Notes: generated by a model not told the origin, from the letters alone. Shown: positions 22,540-34,659, counted from the whole stretch's first letter. The stretch is DNA of 63,775 bases, filler included, from Olpidium bornovanus S191 (GCA_017911155.1; 31 parts of 31 records of this genome joined end to end with filler, not necessarily neighbours in it); one strand, 5' to 3'. Made by a program: numbers and translations.

Positions 22540-24070
22540 ATGGACGACGGCGAGTCCGAGGACTCGGGCCAGCGCCGGCCGAAGGACCCGTCCAGAACAA
22601 GGTTCAACACGCGGATGACCGTGTCCGTGCCCGTGCTGAAGGGCAAGAGGTCCGCGGCTGCAAGGTTGGCTGGCGCCGCCCTGCTCCAGGACGCCCCCAA
22701 CGCCCGCTCCGCCGCCCTCGGGCAGCCCGCCGATGCTGCCGGCGCCGCCGCCGGGAAAGGCGGCCTGGCCGGCCGCGAGCAGTCGACGGCCGCCGTTCGT
22801 CACGCGCAGGCGGCCAGGCGCGCCGTTCTCCCGCCCACTCCCGGACCGCCGCCCGCGCAGGCCCCGCCGGCGCCGACTCTGCCGCTGAAGCCGCCGTCGC
22901 CGCTCGAGATCGACTTCGACCACATGCCGTTCTCGGCCGCGGTGAACTCGGCCGCGTTGACCTCGGCCGCTCTGACCTCCGCGGTCGAGCTGACGACCTC
23001 CGGGTCGCAGGGGGCCGAGCTCTGCGGGCGGAACGTGCCGAGGCCGCCCGGGAGCCTCGCCACGGCGCCGCTGGACCCCGAGGAGCACAAGCCGCCGATG
23101 ATACAGATCCCCAAGCCGAAAGGTCCGCGGTCGTCGGTGACGGGCGCAGCTTTTTACGGCCTCGGCCAGAAGGGCGCGGACGGCGGCCAGCGCTTCACCG
23201 GCACCGGCCGCGGCATCAGGCTGGCCAAGGCTCTGGACGCCGTAAAAACCCGCGTGAGCTTCGCCGTGTCCGGCCTGCGGCGGCCCAGCAAGCTCAACGA
23301 CCCCCCCAAGAGCGCCGCCATGGTCATGCGCGGGACCGGCCCGCGCAGGTCCGCCATGGACAGGCGCTGTGGCGCTGTGATCTGCTTCACCATCTTTTTG
23401 GGCGTCGTTGCCTGCCTCGTCTTCCTCATCCTCAAGTACGGTAATCTGCAACCGACTTTCTCCAGATCTTTCATGTCGAGGCCGACTTCCGGGCCGTCCG
23501 CGACCGCCGCCGCGCCCGCTGCCGCCGCCGTCCTGTACGCCCAGCTCGACCCCGGCTGCGCCTGCGTGCAGGAGCAAGCAGCGGGGTCCCGCTGTGACCG
23601 GACCTTCGGCACCGGCATGTCCGCGTCCCTGGATAAGTTCCGGATACCGAGGGCGCAGTTCTACGACTTCCTCGTCGCCGCGAATTCCACCCAGGGCCCG
23701 TTCACCTGCGAGACCGAGACTTCCATCGCCGAGTCCCCGGCCAGCTTCCTCGTCCTCGTAGCCGGCTGGGCGGAACGGCAGAACTCGGCCCTCGCAGGCC
23801 TACAAGCGAGCACCGCTCAGGTCCGCCGGTGGGGTGGCTTTTTTTTTTTTTCCCGCATCGCGGTTGTCGTTCGTCGCCGCTCTCGTCGCTTGGCCTCGAA
23901 CGCTCGGATTGCATTTGGCTGACGACGGCCGCTCCGCTTGCTCTCCTCGCACCCGTCATCACCAGTTCGTCGTCGACAGCGGCGGTGTTGCGCCGGACGC
24001 CACGGTGTTCAAGAACCTCACCGAGTCCATCGTTTCCATGGCGTTGCAAAACCCCGCGGCGCGTTCCTGA
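22540..24070 (+). CDS. Hypothetical single-pass membrane protein with a long disordered N-terminus and a Cys-containing C-terminal domain
   Basis: Long ORF with coding-like GC3 bias; TM segment CGAVICFTIFLGVVACLVFLIL; Cys motif CACV...RCD...TC; GT-AG intron 23821-23965 joins an in-frame last exon FVVDSG...NPAARS*. An upstream exon is possible. Confidence 0.7.
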
Positions 24071-25024
24071 ACAAACGGCGTGATATTTTGCACGAAGTAG
24101 ACAGATGGAGGTGGCAGAGCCCAAGAAGCCGCAGACGTCCCTCTTCTTTCTGGACGCCCGCCTCGAGCAAAACAGCGCGGCGCTGTACGCGAACTAGAGA
24201 AGTAGAACACGGAGCCCAGCGGCGACAGAGGTCTTTTCGACGACGGCTGGAACGTTGACTCATTCTGTTTCGTGCGGCGAAGGCACCTGACCGCGTTCCC
24301 GCCGTCCCTCAGTAATCCGCGTCGGCAACAGCCGCCTCGATAGTAGCAGCAAGCCCGCAGCGGCATGACCTTCACGCCAGACCGCAGTTGGCACGCCGGC
24401 CCTCTTTACACATGTTGATGCCTTCCAGACAATTTTTCATTTCTCGTCTAAGACTGCAGTCATTTTTTTTTTTCGGGTGCCGCTAATGCAGAGAGGAGGC
24501 CAGCAAGACGGAGGGGGAAGGAGGAAGAGTGGTGGAGTTCCCTTCTAGGGCCCTTGCTCCCTCGCTTGTGACCCTGGCGCGGTTTTCGGTAGTCGATTTG
24601 ATTGTTCGGACCGGTCTCGCCATCCCTGCTTCCGTTGTTCGCCAGCAGTAACCCCATCCCTGTGAACCGCGCTCCCTCACTACTGAAAAGAAGCGGCACT
24701 GTGCGCCACGGCAAACATCACCGTATCCCCTGTTCTGGTGTAACAGTGGAGTGCCGGAGGTTGCCGCTGGAACGCGGGCGCAACCAATTTGCGTCGTGAG
24801 CCTCTGACCTTCCGGCCCACGTCTCCGCCTTCGCGCAACCGACCTGGTTCCGCCGTAACCATTTAATATTTCCGCAGATCTGCCCGTTTACGTCTTCGCA
24901 TCCGGAGAGGGCGAGAGAGAGAGAGAGAGCAAGCGGGAAGAGGGGAAGTGCCGACAGGCAGCGGCGGCGGCGGCGGGGGCGAGCGAGGCTAAGGAGGGGC
25001 CGCGGGGGGGGGAGGGCGCGCTTT

Positions 25025-25057
<33 letters not shown>

Positions 25058-25109
25058 CTCTCCCCCTTCCTTTTTCGGGGTTTCCCCCGCGGGGGGGGCG
25101 CCGCGGGGG

Positions 25110-25147
<38 letters not shown>

Positions 25148-25346
25148 AAACGGCCGCNNNNNNNNNNNNNNNNNNNNNNNNNNNNNNNNNNNNNNNNNNN
25201 NTTAATTAATTAANNNNNNNNNNNNNNNNNNNNNNNNNNNNNNNNNNNNNNNNNNNNAGGGGAGGGGGGGGGGGGGGGGAGGGGCCGTTTCCCCCCCCCC
25301 CCCCCCTTCCCCCCCCCTTCCCCCCGCCGTCCACAGGGGGGCGCGG

Positions 25347-26359
25347 TCACTGCTTCGCCGGAGTTTCCTCGTCGTCCACATCAGGCCACAGTTCCGGAAG
25401 GACTTTCGGCAGGTCGTGCACACTCTTGACTCGGAGAGACCCCACAGAGCGGCTGACATCGCCGTGATCCGGCTCCTCCGTGACGTGGACGGCTGTCCAG
25501 CCCAGCTCCTGGGGAGTGAGGCGAAGGAGAGGGGTGGGGGGGAAGCCGAGGGTACGTTTTAGTAAGAATTGAAAACCCAAAATACAGCCGGTTAAGCAGA
25601 CGACTTCTGTTTTTCCCAAACGTATAAGAATGGAAACACCGGCAACAGAATGCACCCATACCGCTGCGGTGATAACGTTCTTCGCGGAGTCGTCGACAAA
25701 ATAGCATCGACCACGGGCGTCTGCATCTCGCATTGCCCGCGCGTACATCTCCCGTTCTAGGAATCGAGACAGACAAGAGAAAGTATGTGAGCCGGGCCGG
25801 TATCGGAAACCGCGGGCTACAGGGGGAGGGGAAATCGGGAAGGAGATAAGGAAGGGGCGTAAAGCAGCGGGAATAGCCAAAACGCGCACCTGGTTTACAC
25901 GGAAACTGCTCCTCACTGTAATTGCAGTACGTCATCCCTGGAAAATTTCACACAGAACAAAAACGGGAAAATGCAGGGGAATTAGGCAAGACAGGTCGTT
26001 TCTGGGGTAACCAAGAGTTCGACCATCCGTTCTGACCGAAATTAGTCCCTCCCGGTCAGGACCGGAGACCGCTCCTGCTTTACTGACCATTGCCAGCGCA
26101 CGACTTACCATCGAACAAATCGTCAATTCCCAATGTCCGCAGCACCCTCGAAGCATGATCTTTCCTTTTTGGAAACATAAGAAAATAAACAAATGAAAAG
26201 AAAAAAAGGGGGGAAAAGGATGGAGATAAGTGGCGTACCCCTCTTCTCCGGCTAAACCGGCAATTTATTCCGACGCAATTCAAGTTACATTTAAAAGTCG
26301 TAAAATGAAGAGCGACGACTTACCCGGCGTTGGTGAAAATCCACTTCTTCATTCGCAGG
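25347..26359 (-). CDS. SDT1: Pyrimidine 5'-nucleotidase (SDT1/SSM1-like HAD hydrolase), C-terminal exons
   Basis: IFTNA, HASRVLRTLGIDDLFDG, TYCNY...CKP, EMYARAM, CYFVDDS, GWTAVHV, DLPKVLPELW. Confidence 0.88.
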
Positions 26360-26459
26360 NNNNNNNNNNNNNNNNNNNNNNNNNNNNNNNNNNNNNNNNN
26401 NNNTTAATTAATTAANNNNNNNNNNNNNNNNNNNNNNNNNNNNNNNNNNNNNNNNNNNN

Positions 26460-27762
26460 AATGGACAGGACGGACGTTCTCCACGACGTGGTCTCCCGCC
26501 GCTTCGTCTCATCGGCCTGGTCTAGCGTATTGAAATGGCCGATAATTTCGTAGCAAAGACTGGCGACCACATTTCACATGTTATCGTCCAATCGTCTGCG
26601 CCCAAAATCGACACAGGGCAGGGGGGAATCCGTTATGCGCTCACCGGATTAGCCGCTTTTCAACTTTTAGCTTGCTTCTTGACCGCTCTTCTGATGGGTC
26701 CATGTACATTTTGACGAGAATGGCCAAATAGCATGATGAACTCGCCGTTTCCTGCTTGAGAAGATTTGGGAGCTGTCTCATGAATCCTAAAACGGAACCG
26801 CGGAAATTCAGATGCAAACCCGCTAATGCCATCCATCCCATCCGCCCATCCGCCCATCCGCCCGAGCTCTGCGCGTACCAACTCTCCACAGCGCCACGCG
26901 GAGCTCCGTGTCCCGGTTGAACTTCTGCGCGAAGCGGTACGATCGCTCCAGGCAGTCCATGAACCCGAAAAGGTGGTCCGCGTCGAGCAGATTGTACACC
27001 ACGTCGTTGAGGGTGAGCAGCTCCGTCAAGTTCTGAATGAGGAGGAGCTGCAGGACGCACTTGGTGATAATCTGCTGGAACGCCTGTCGCCGCTGGTGGC
27101 TCTGGCGCTGATGCTGCTGTTGCTGCTGTTGCTGCTGTTGTTGCTGTTGCTGCTGTTGCTGCTGGGGCTGCTGTTGCGAAGATTCCGGAGCCGTCTCCTG
27201 AACTTGAGGCGATTCCGGGCCGCCTTCGGTCGGCGATGCCGATGCCGTCTCCTGCTGTTGCAGCGGCGTTGGTGCATTCCGCGCGGACGCTGTCGTGGAG
27301 AGACTGGATTGTGACTTCACGGAGGCCGTCTGGGAGGAGTCGCGTGACCGCGAACCCTCGATGTAGTCCGTCTCGCCCGTTGCGGCGGCATCGGGCGACG
27401 GGGCCTGCGGCGAGTCGTTCGGCATGGAGCTCCCGCCCAATGTGCTCGCGCTAAACAAGGCGTGCGGCGTGGTCACCTCGAACAGCGTGACGAACGTCTG
27501 CACCATCCTGTGCCATGTGTCGGCGTCCAGCTTGGTCGCGTTCGTTTCGATCAGTTGCTGGAGGCACTGGGTCCCCATTCGGGAAAGGGTTTCGTTATCT
27601 ACTTTGCAGCATAGGGATTTTGTTAGGAGCCGGCGCAGAAACGAAACTCACGGGGCGGTCAATTTTCGGGCAATTGTTCCCCATTCCCTCCCAAATATAC
27701 CTTGGTTGACGGCCCTCGTCAGAAGGTCTAGAACCCCGTCCAACAGTATTGGGCTCAGCATG
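26460..27762 (-). CDS. SEC7: Sec7/BIG ARF-GEF, C-terminal part (continuation of 1552-4312)
   Basis: LLDGVLDLLTRAVNQ|DNETLSRMGTQCLQQLIE, IITKCVLQLLLIQ, ERSYRFAQKFNRDTELRVALWR, QLPNLLKQETAS. Confidence 0.93.
27114..27164 (-). repeat. CAG/CAA polyglutamine tract (17 Q) in SEC7
   Basis: Counted from the sequence. Confidence 0.9.
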
Positions 27763-28583
27763 NNNNNNNNNNNNNNNNNNNNNNNNNNNNNNNNNNNNNN
27801 NNNNNNTTAATTAATTAANNNNNNNNNNNNNNNNNNNNNNNNNNNNNNNNNNNNNNNNNNNNCATGATGCACCTGCTCCAACCTTTTTCAGGGGTCTCCA
27901 AGACGCAACGCGCAGAGGCGCGAATTCGTGGCTCTGAAGCAACGCATTTTTTTTCTCGAAAAGCGAGGACGGCGAATTTCCTTTCGCCGCCGCCGCCAGC
28001 TCGCCTTTCTTGAGGTGATGCCAAAGAAAAACCTCTGGTCTTCCCCGGTGGCGGCAAGCGAAACTGTCCAGCGCTTCGCAATCCGGATTTCGCCCGAGCA
28101 CGCGCTTCGTCGCCGAAACCAGGTGGAACGCCGATATTTCCGGGGGCTGCCGGCCCAAAATTTCGAGTTTTTTGTTTGAGACGGACCGTCCTGATTTCGG
28201 TTTTGCGCCCGCCGTGATCTCTGTTCAAAAACGCAGCCTCCGGGGCCCTTTGCCGCAAAACCGGGCATTTTTCCCTGAATCAGGTTTTGAGGGCGGCGAC
28301 AAGTGGCCGGATTGAAAAAATGTCTAACCAAAGCGATCGCGTACGAGGGCGGGATGATGCGCGTTGGGTAGGGTGGATGGAGCGATTTGAGATTTGATGT
28401 GAGGTCTGGACGAGAGGTGGAGGGAAGAGGGTGCGGTTTGCGCTTTGAGACATGGGAGTGAAGGGATATCAAGAGCATAAGGCGAAAAGCCGGAAAATTC
28501 TTTTTTTTTCATAAGAAACATTGCCGAAAATAAAGTGAAAAAAGAGCCCAGAAAAAAAAATTAGGAAGGCGAGGAGGGCAGAA

Positions 28584-29433
28584 CTACGTGGCCAGGTCCC
28601 GCAGGTCGAAATGCGATCCGATGAAGACGGGGACGCGGTCCTCGTCCTCCTCGTCCTCGGTGTCGCTCTCGAAGTCCTGGTAGTTCGCCCGCCGCAGGCC
28701 GCCCTCGCCGGCCACGCCGCCCGAGCAGAGGAGGTCCGCGGCGGCGACGGATGCCTCTTTCGCGATGGACAGGTGCCGCCGCGCCGCCAGCCCCGCCGCC
28801 TCGTCGAACGCGGCGGCGGCGGCGGCAGCGATACCCCCCTCCTCGTGCTCGTCGAACTCGCCTTCGCCCTCCGAGCCTTCCGCCCGGGGCGGGTTCCTCT
28901 TCGGAGAGAGCACCCTGGCCAGCAACGAGAGCCACTCCTGGTTGTGCCACCGGAACTTCTGGTGCTTGATCTTGACCGACCATTCTTCCGAGATTTCCTT
29001 TTTTACCAAAGAAAAACAAAATTCCCGAACAGGTGACGGCCGCGTCCCCCCGTGATCCCCACCCAGCGTGAATTTGATGTGCGATTCGAGTCAACGCGAG
29101 AAACCTTGCCGCCGGCGATCGAGGCGACCGAAACCGCTTTTGGTCAAAATTTTCACTCACAGAGATGATGTCGAGACAGACGTCGCACAACTTGCGGATC
29201 TCGGCGTTGCGATCGTACAATAGGTCAATAAGGTATGAAACAACCTCTTAAAAAAGCGAGAAAGAGCAGTCCTGGCGTCAGCGTTTCCGAGTTTTGATGG
29301 GTCTGGACTTCCTGCCGCCCACTCAGACACTCACGCGTCTGCTTCAAGAGAACTTCTTGCGTCGGCGGGTGCAGCAAGAATTGATATATGGCATATATAG
29401 ACTGGAGAATGATCTCGTCGTCTTCTTCTTTAG
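28584..29433 (-). CDS. KAP3: Kinesin-associated protein 3 (non-motor subunit of heterotrimeric kinesin-2), C-terminal exons
   Basis: EEDDEIILQSIYAIYQFLLH, SYLIDLLYDRNAEIRKLCDVCLDII and WSVKIKHQKFRWHNQEWL match the KIFAP3/FLA3 C-terminus. Confidence 0.93.
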
Positions 29434-29610
29434 CTGAAGCGCAGAATTTTTAATTTTAAATATATATACACATATTGTATTTTAGCCCCGGCTGTATTTT
29501 TTACGCCATGNNNNNNNNNNNNNNNNNNNNNNNNNNNNNNNNNNNNNNNNNNNNTTAATTAATTAANNNNNNNNNNNNNNNNNNNNNNNNNNNNNNNNNN
29601 NNNNNNNNNN

Positions 29611-29645
<35 letters not shown>

Positions 29646-29748
29646 GAAAAGGGCGAACGGGAAAGCCGCCGCTTTGCGGGGCTTTTCGCCGTCGTCCGGA
29701 AGGGAAGGAAGGAGTTTCCGTTTCCGTCGTTTCCCGCAATAGGCGATC

Positions 29749-29779
<31 letters not shown>

Positions 29780-29972
29780 AAAAAAGAACGGGCGTGGGCC
29801 GGGGAAGGGGATGGTGCCGCGCATCGTAAAAACAGGCTGTCGCGCGCACACGTGAAGTAAAAAGGAAGAACGAGCCGCGTTGTGAAAGGGAAGAGAAAGG
29901 GGGAGGTGGAAAAGGGGAGAGGGGAGGGGGGGGGGGGGGGGGGGGGGGGGGGCAAAATTATTCCTTTCCATC

Positions 29973-30870
29973 TCAGATCTTGAACAGCTCCTTCAGGATC
30001 GAGATGGTGTCCTGCGGGTTCTTCACCGAGTGACCCGTGATCTTCGGGTGCGTGTAGATCTCGTAATCGTTCCCGCCCTGCGCGCGATGTAAATATGTGT
30101 GAATATAGTGTTTGGGCGAACCCCGCGGTTTGAGTTAAAAGCCCCGAAGCGCGCGTTTTCGGGGATAAAAAAAAGGTTCCCCGGGTTCCCTTCTTTTTTT
30201 AAACAAAACTCACCTCGTAAGTCTTGTCGCCGAAGAAGTGTATCTCCTTGAACCCGTCCTTCTCGACGTGTCGCAGGCAGTAGGTCTACGGCGGTATCGG
30301 CCGAGTCCGCCCCCCCCGCCCCCCCGGAGCGCCCCCGCCCGCCGGAGACTCGTCGGTGAGGCCCCACCCCCGACGGCGCTGCGCGGCGCACACCGCACGA
30401 TTTCAGGTTCTCGCGCGCAAGAAACCGCACCTTGTCCCACCCGGTCGGGAACACGTCGAACGAAATCTGACCGCCTGACGAACGGAGCTCTCCGTAAGTC
30501 GGTGCGCGCGCGTTGGGCCGAAAAAAAAAGGGGGGGGGGGGGGGGGGCGGGGGGAAGGGGGGGGGGGGGTCACCGAAACGTGACGAATGCGCTCGCCGCT
30601 TTCCCCCCGAGTCGTACCGATGGAGTAGGTGAGACCGGTGGGGGCGAACTTTTTCAACTCGTCCACCATCGTTTTCCGGACGTTGTGTTCCTGGACCGGG
30701 CGCGCGAAGTTATGCGTTTCGAGCGCGGCGAGAAAGGTTATTTTCTTTTTTATAAAAAAAACCCCACCCCCCGGACGCGGGGGAGCGACGGCGCGCGGTC
30801 CCGAGCCGGCCGGGCCCTTTTTTTGATTTACCTGATCATACTTTTCGAACTCGACGCGCTCCTGGTAGCT
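29973..30870 (-). CDS. SEC53: Phosphomannomutase, C-terminal exons
   Basis: [15 protein letters not shown]|[15 protein letters not shown]|[22 protein letters not shown]. Confidence 0.96.
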
Positions 30871-31467
30871 AACGTGGGAACGGCGGCGGGGGTTCGTGCC
30901 CGTTGAGCTTTTTTTTTTTTTTTTTTTTTTTTTTGGCGGGGTTTTTTTTCTCTCCCCCCGGCGGCGCGCCGCGATCGGNNNNNNNNNNNNNNNNNNNNNN
31001 NNNNNNNNNNNNNNNNNNNNNNTTAATTAATTAANNNNNNNNNNNNNNNNNNNNNNNNNNNNNNNNNNNNNNNNNNNNAACATATAGCATTTCATTTACG
31101 CCACCGAAATACCATTCTGCAGCACACAACTATTGAACAGAGAGACAAATGTCGTTTAATGTGTCGATAATGATGTGTGCAGCGGACGGCGCAACCATGG
31201 TTGTGGACCGGGAGTGCGCCGCCCCACAGAAAACGACCCAGACATCTTTACCAAGTCGCTCGGCGGCATGCGGAATCAAGGATGCAGCCCCAGGATTCGT
31301 AGACGACGACAGGAATTTGCCGGAGATGAGGACGGAAATGTAGTCGCCCGAGGGTGGGCGGTAGCGGCGCGTTCTGGTGTGAAAAAAAAAAAAAAAAAAA
31401 AAAAAAAAGAGTCAAAAACGTAGCCCTCCCCCCACCCCGTCGACTCTGAAAAAAAAAAGGGAAAACG

Positions 31468-32528
31468 ATGGGCCCCATTTCCAAACTGGTCCCTGCGCGA
31501 AGGGTCTCCGCCTTCAAGCAGGACGGTGAGGAGGGAAGGAAAGGAGGGGAAACCAACGGCGGGCGCGCGGTTGCGGCGCTGACGCGCGCGCTGACCCGAC
31601 GTGTGATCCCGCCGGCGGCCAGTTTGGAGCATCTTCAGCCCGCTGAGCGTCGAGGTGAACGCGGGTGGGTCGAGGGCCGTGGACCAATCCCCGGCCGACG
31701 CGCTGCGGGCGCCACAGTGCATCCAAAGTCCTAACCGTTCGCGGCCGCCTATTGAAACTCCGCTCAGTCAACCTCGGCCAAGGTGCGTATCTGCCCGTCG
31801 AAGGGTTGCCGCTGAGGGGCGTGCTGGCAGAGAAACCGGTCGGACAAATTTCGTAGGCTCACAAGGGCGCTGACGCCCCGAAAACGCGTCCCTTTTCGCG
31901 GAAGGTTTCATGGTGTGTCTCGATCCCTTTTACCCCGGGAGAAACGCGCTAGCATAGGATAACGTTAAACGCCTGCTTGGCCGGTACGGGCATTCCCAGG
32001 ACTTCCCACCGCCCGCTTTCGTGAAGAAGGCAGCGGCGGAATGTAGTGTGCGAGACGACTGCGCACAGTATTCACATCCGAAAGGGCGACCGCGGTTGCG
32101 TAAGGTGAAAGCTTGGTTCCTGGAAGTGCTTCCTGCAGGACCGCGGATGATCCGCGAGTTCGTCTAAATCGGAGTATTTACAGGTTTCTAATAACTGGTT
32201 GCGACTTACCGGTGGCAACCCATATTTGCTGCGAACCAGGCGCTGGCGGACTTATACGGCAGCTCCATTGGCCGGAAACTGGATGCGGACACCGAAGTGG
32301 TGGTGACAGCCGGTGCCAACGAAGGTCGATTTTCCGCGTCGTACTCTTGAAGCGATTGCTTTCCGGAAGCCGGAAGCTGGTTTTTTTTTGTTTTTTTTTT
32401 TTGTTTTGCGTGCCGCTAAACTCAGGGTTATGATTTTGCACGGTTAGGTATTCTCTCGGTTCTCTCCGCGTATGTTGACCCCGGCGACGAGGTCATCCTG
32501 TTTGAACCATATTTTGACCAGTATCATG
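31468..32528 (+). CDS. BNA3: Kynurenine aminotransferase / class I-II PLP aminotransferase, 5' exons
   Basis: VWSIFSPL, VNLGQG, DFPPPAFVKKAA, QYSHPKGRPRL, EVVVTAGANEG, DPGDEVILFEPYFDQY. Confidence 0.9.
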
Positions 32529-32714
32529 NNNNNNNNNNNNNNNNNNNNNNNNNNNNNNNNNNNNNNNNNNNNTTAATTAATTAANNNNNNNNNNNNNNNN
32601 NNNNNNNNNNNNNNNNNNNNNNNNNNNNCATGATCAACATCCGGTGTAGAAACTAATCCAGAAACATAGGTTATGGTTTCGCCCACGTCCAAAAAAGGTT
32701 AATGCTTGGGCCGC

Positions 32715-33779
32715 TTACTTTCTATACATGTAACTCCAGGTGGAGGATCCATGGAAACAAAGAACAGTAGGCTGCGACAACCGCGTGCCCTCCGTCAAGG
32801 GGGGGAGCTGACCAACATCGTAGTAAGCGACCCTGAACCCGTTCTCTAGCGCAAGGTACTTTGCGGGGTGCTGCCATCCTTTCAGCGATTCCAGCCGGTC
32901 TTCCTCTGCATGGATGTGGCTAAACATATTCAGAGGTGGCAGCGGCGTTTTCGCGAACGGCGGCGCACACGCCTCTGCGAATGCCGAATATCTGCATCTC
33001 GTCCGCTCTTCTTCTTCCCTGCGTCCGAGCTGATTGATCGCTGTGACCTGGCTCCCCTGAGTGTCAAAAGATAGTCGGCGCCGCAGCCTTTCGCTGAGTT
33101 CGTCCGCGTCATGTAAACGGCCGCGCAGATCCCTTCCGCCCAGAAAGGACGTGATCGGTTTCATTTGGCGAAGGCTGACGGTTTCCGGTGAGCCGAGCAG
33201 GCTGTCACTATCACAGTGCGGCAGAAGCGCAGCGGACGTGCTTCGGCCGTAATCGCGGCCTTCTTCCGCGCGGGAGCCGGTGCGCTCGGCGCGCGGGAAG
33301 TGCGGAAGTTCGCCGAAAACGTCGCCGCGGCGCATAACGGGCGTCCCGCTCGTGGGGATGTTGTGGTCCCTCTGGTCTCGTCTTGCCTGGTTCTTGACAC
33401 GGCGGCGCCGAGCAGGAGACGCGGACCCCCACGCCTCCAACGAGACCGGCGGCCGCGGCGGCTTCCGCGTCGCGGTCTTCTTCCTTCCGAGCAAGTATCC
33501 GACGAGAGAGTCCAGCAGGATGTACCACGGCGGAAGGGCGCAGTATGCGCGTAGCAGCGCCTGCGCGTAGAGGACGGGGACGGAGGCGGCCAGGAACCCG
33601 AGGCGGGCGGGAGCGAAGGCAAATAGGGTGCGCCACAAGAAAGCCGCTGCGGCGACGCAAAGGTCGTCCAGCAGACGACGGGCGCGGCGGCAAGCCGCGT
33701 CGAGAAAGCCGCCTCCGCCGGCCGGCCCGCGGTTCGGGAGCTCGGCCTTCCCCTCACGAGCGGCGATCGCGCGGGTCAT
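32715..33779 (-). CDS. Alpha/beta hydrolase of the haloalkane dehalogenase/OleB type with a long N-terminal extension; first exon only
   Basis: RVAYYDVG...PTVLCFHGSSTWSYMYRK followed by a GTAAGC donor; about 300 aa upstream include a hydrophobic segment. Confidence 0.75.
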   Translation of the reverse strand: MTRAIAAREGKAELPNRGPAGGGGFLDAACRRARRLLDDLCVAAAAFLWRTLFAFAPARLGFLAASVPVLYAQALLRAYCALPPWYILLDSLVGYLLGRKKTATRKPPRPPVSLEAWGSASPARRRRVKNQARRDQRDHNIPTSGTPVMRRGDVFGELPHFPRAERTGSRAEEGRDYGRSTSAALLPHCDSDSLLGSPETVSLRQMKPITSFLGGRDLRGRLHDADELSERLRRRLSFDTQGSQVTAINQLGRREEEERTRCRYSAFAEACAPPFAKTPLPPLNMFSHIHAEEDRLESLKGWQHPAKYLALENGFRVAYYDVGQLPPLTEGTRLSQPTVLCFHGSSTWSYMYRK

Positions 33780-33951
33780 ATTTTGTCGGCCAGGCTCCTG
33801 CTCTTGTGCAAACCCTGCGGCTGCTGCTGCACTCGGCGGCCACGGGGTGGAATTGTGGGGCGCGCGCGGGACAGCGGGCGAGGGAGGCGCGGGTGTGGGG
33901 GAAAGGCGGGCGGGGGGTGAGAGAAAATCCCAACCGCTCAGATGAAAAGGG

Positions 33952-33990
<39 letters not shown>

Positions 33991-34659
33991 TCCAANNNNN
34001 NNNNNNNNNNNNNNNNNNNNNNNNNNNNNNNNNNNNNNNTTAATTAATTAANNNNNNNNNNNNNNNNNNNNNNNNNNNNNNNNNNNNNNNNNNNNCATGC
34101 TCACTGCCGACTTCTCGGAAGCTCTTGCTACACTCCCAACGAACAATAGCCGCGCCGAAGGTCGCCGATTATGCTGGATGCTGTGCGGGGGGTTCAATTG
34201 AGGAGCTGATTAGTGACTGCAGGTTAGGCGGTGGGCCAAATGATGCATAATGCTGGGTGTTCAGCTCCTGCATCGGCCAGGGACGCCGAATTGCGCCGGC
34301 CGCATCTCTGCGCAGTGATGGGCTGCAACATGTCGCAGGTTGCTGGGTGGTCTTTTTTGTCTATTTGGTTTTGCGTGCAGTTGGCGAGAAGCTATTAAAT
34401 GGTTTCTCAGGGCCAATCCCAGCGCTGCGCGCGCAGTTCGTGATCGGGGCAAGGGGAGTAGGATGGCGCGCACCGCCCGCATTCGCCCCCTCCCCCCCGC
34501 GCGCGAAGGAAGAAAGGCTCCGCCCGCCGTCGCCGCCGTCGCAGCCGCGCGCGAAGGAAGGAAGACCCCGCCCGCCGAGAGAAGGAAAAAGCGCTCAAAA
34601 CACGGACGTTTCGAAACTCGACGTGGAGGATAGCGACCAGCAGGCAAAGGAAAACTGGC

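Noticed and set aside
22228-23577. 449-aa minus-strand ORF and 382-aa alternate-frame ORF
   Set aside because: Shadow ORFs of the GC3-rich plus-strand gene; they start or end in homopolymer or microsatellite DNA and show no motifs.
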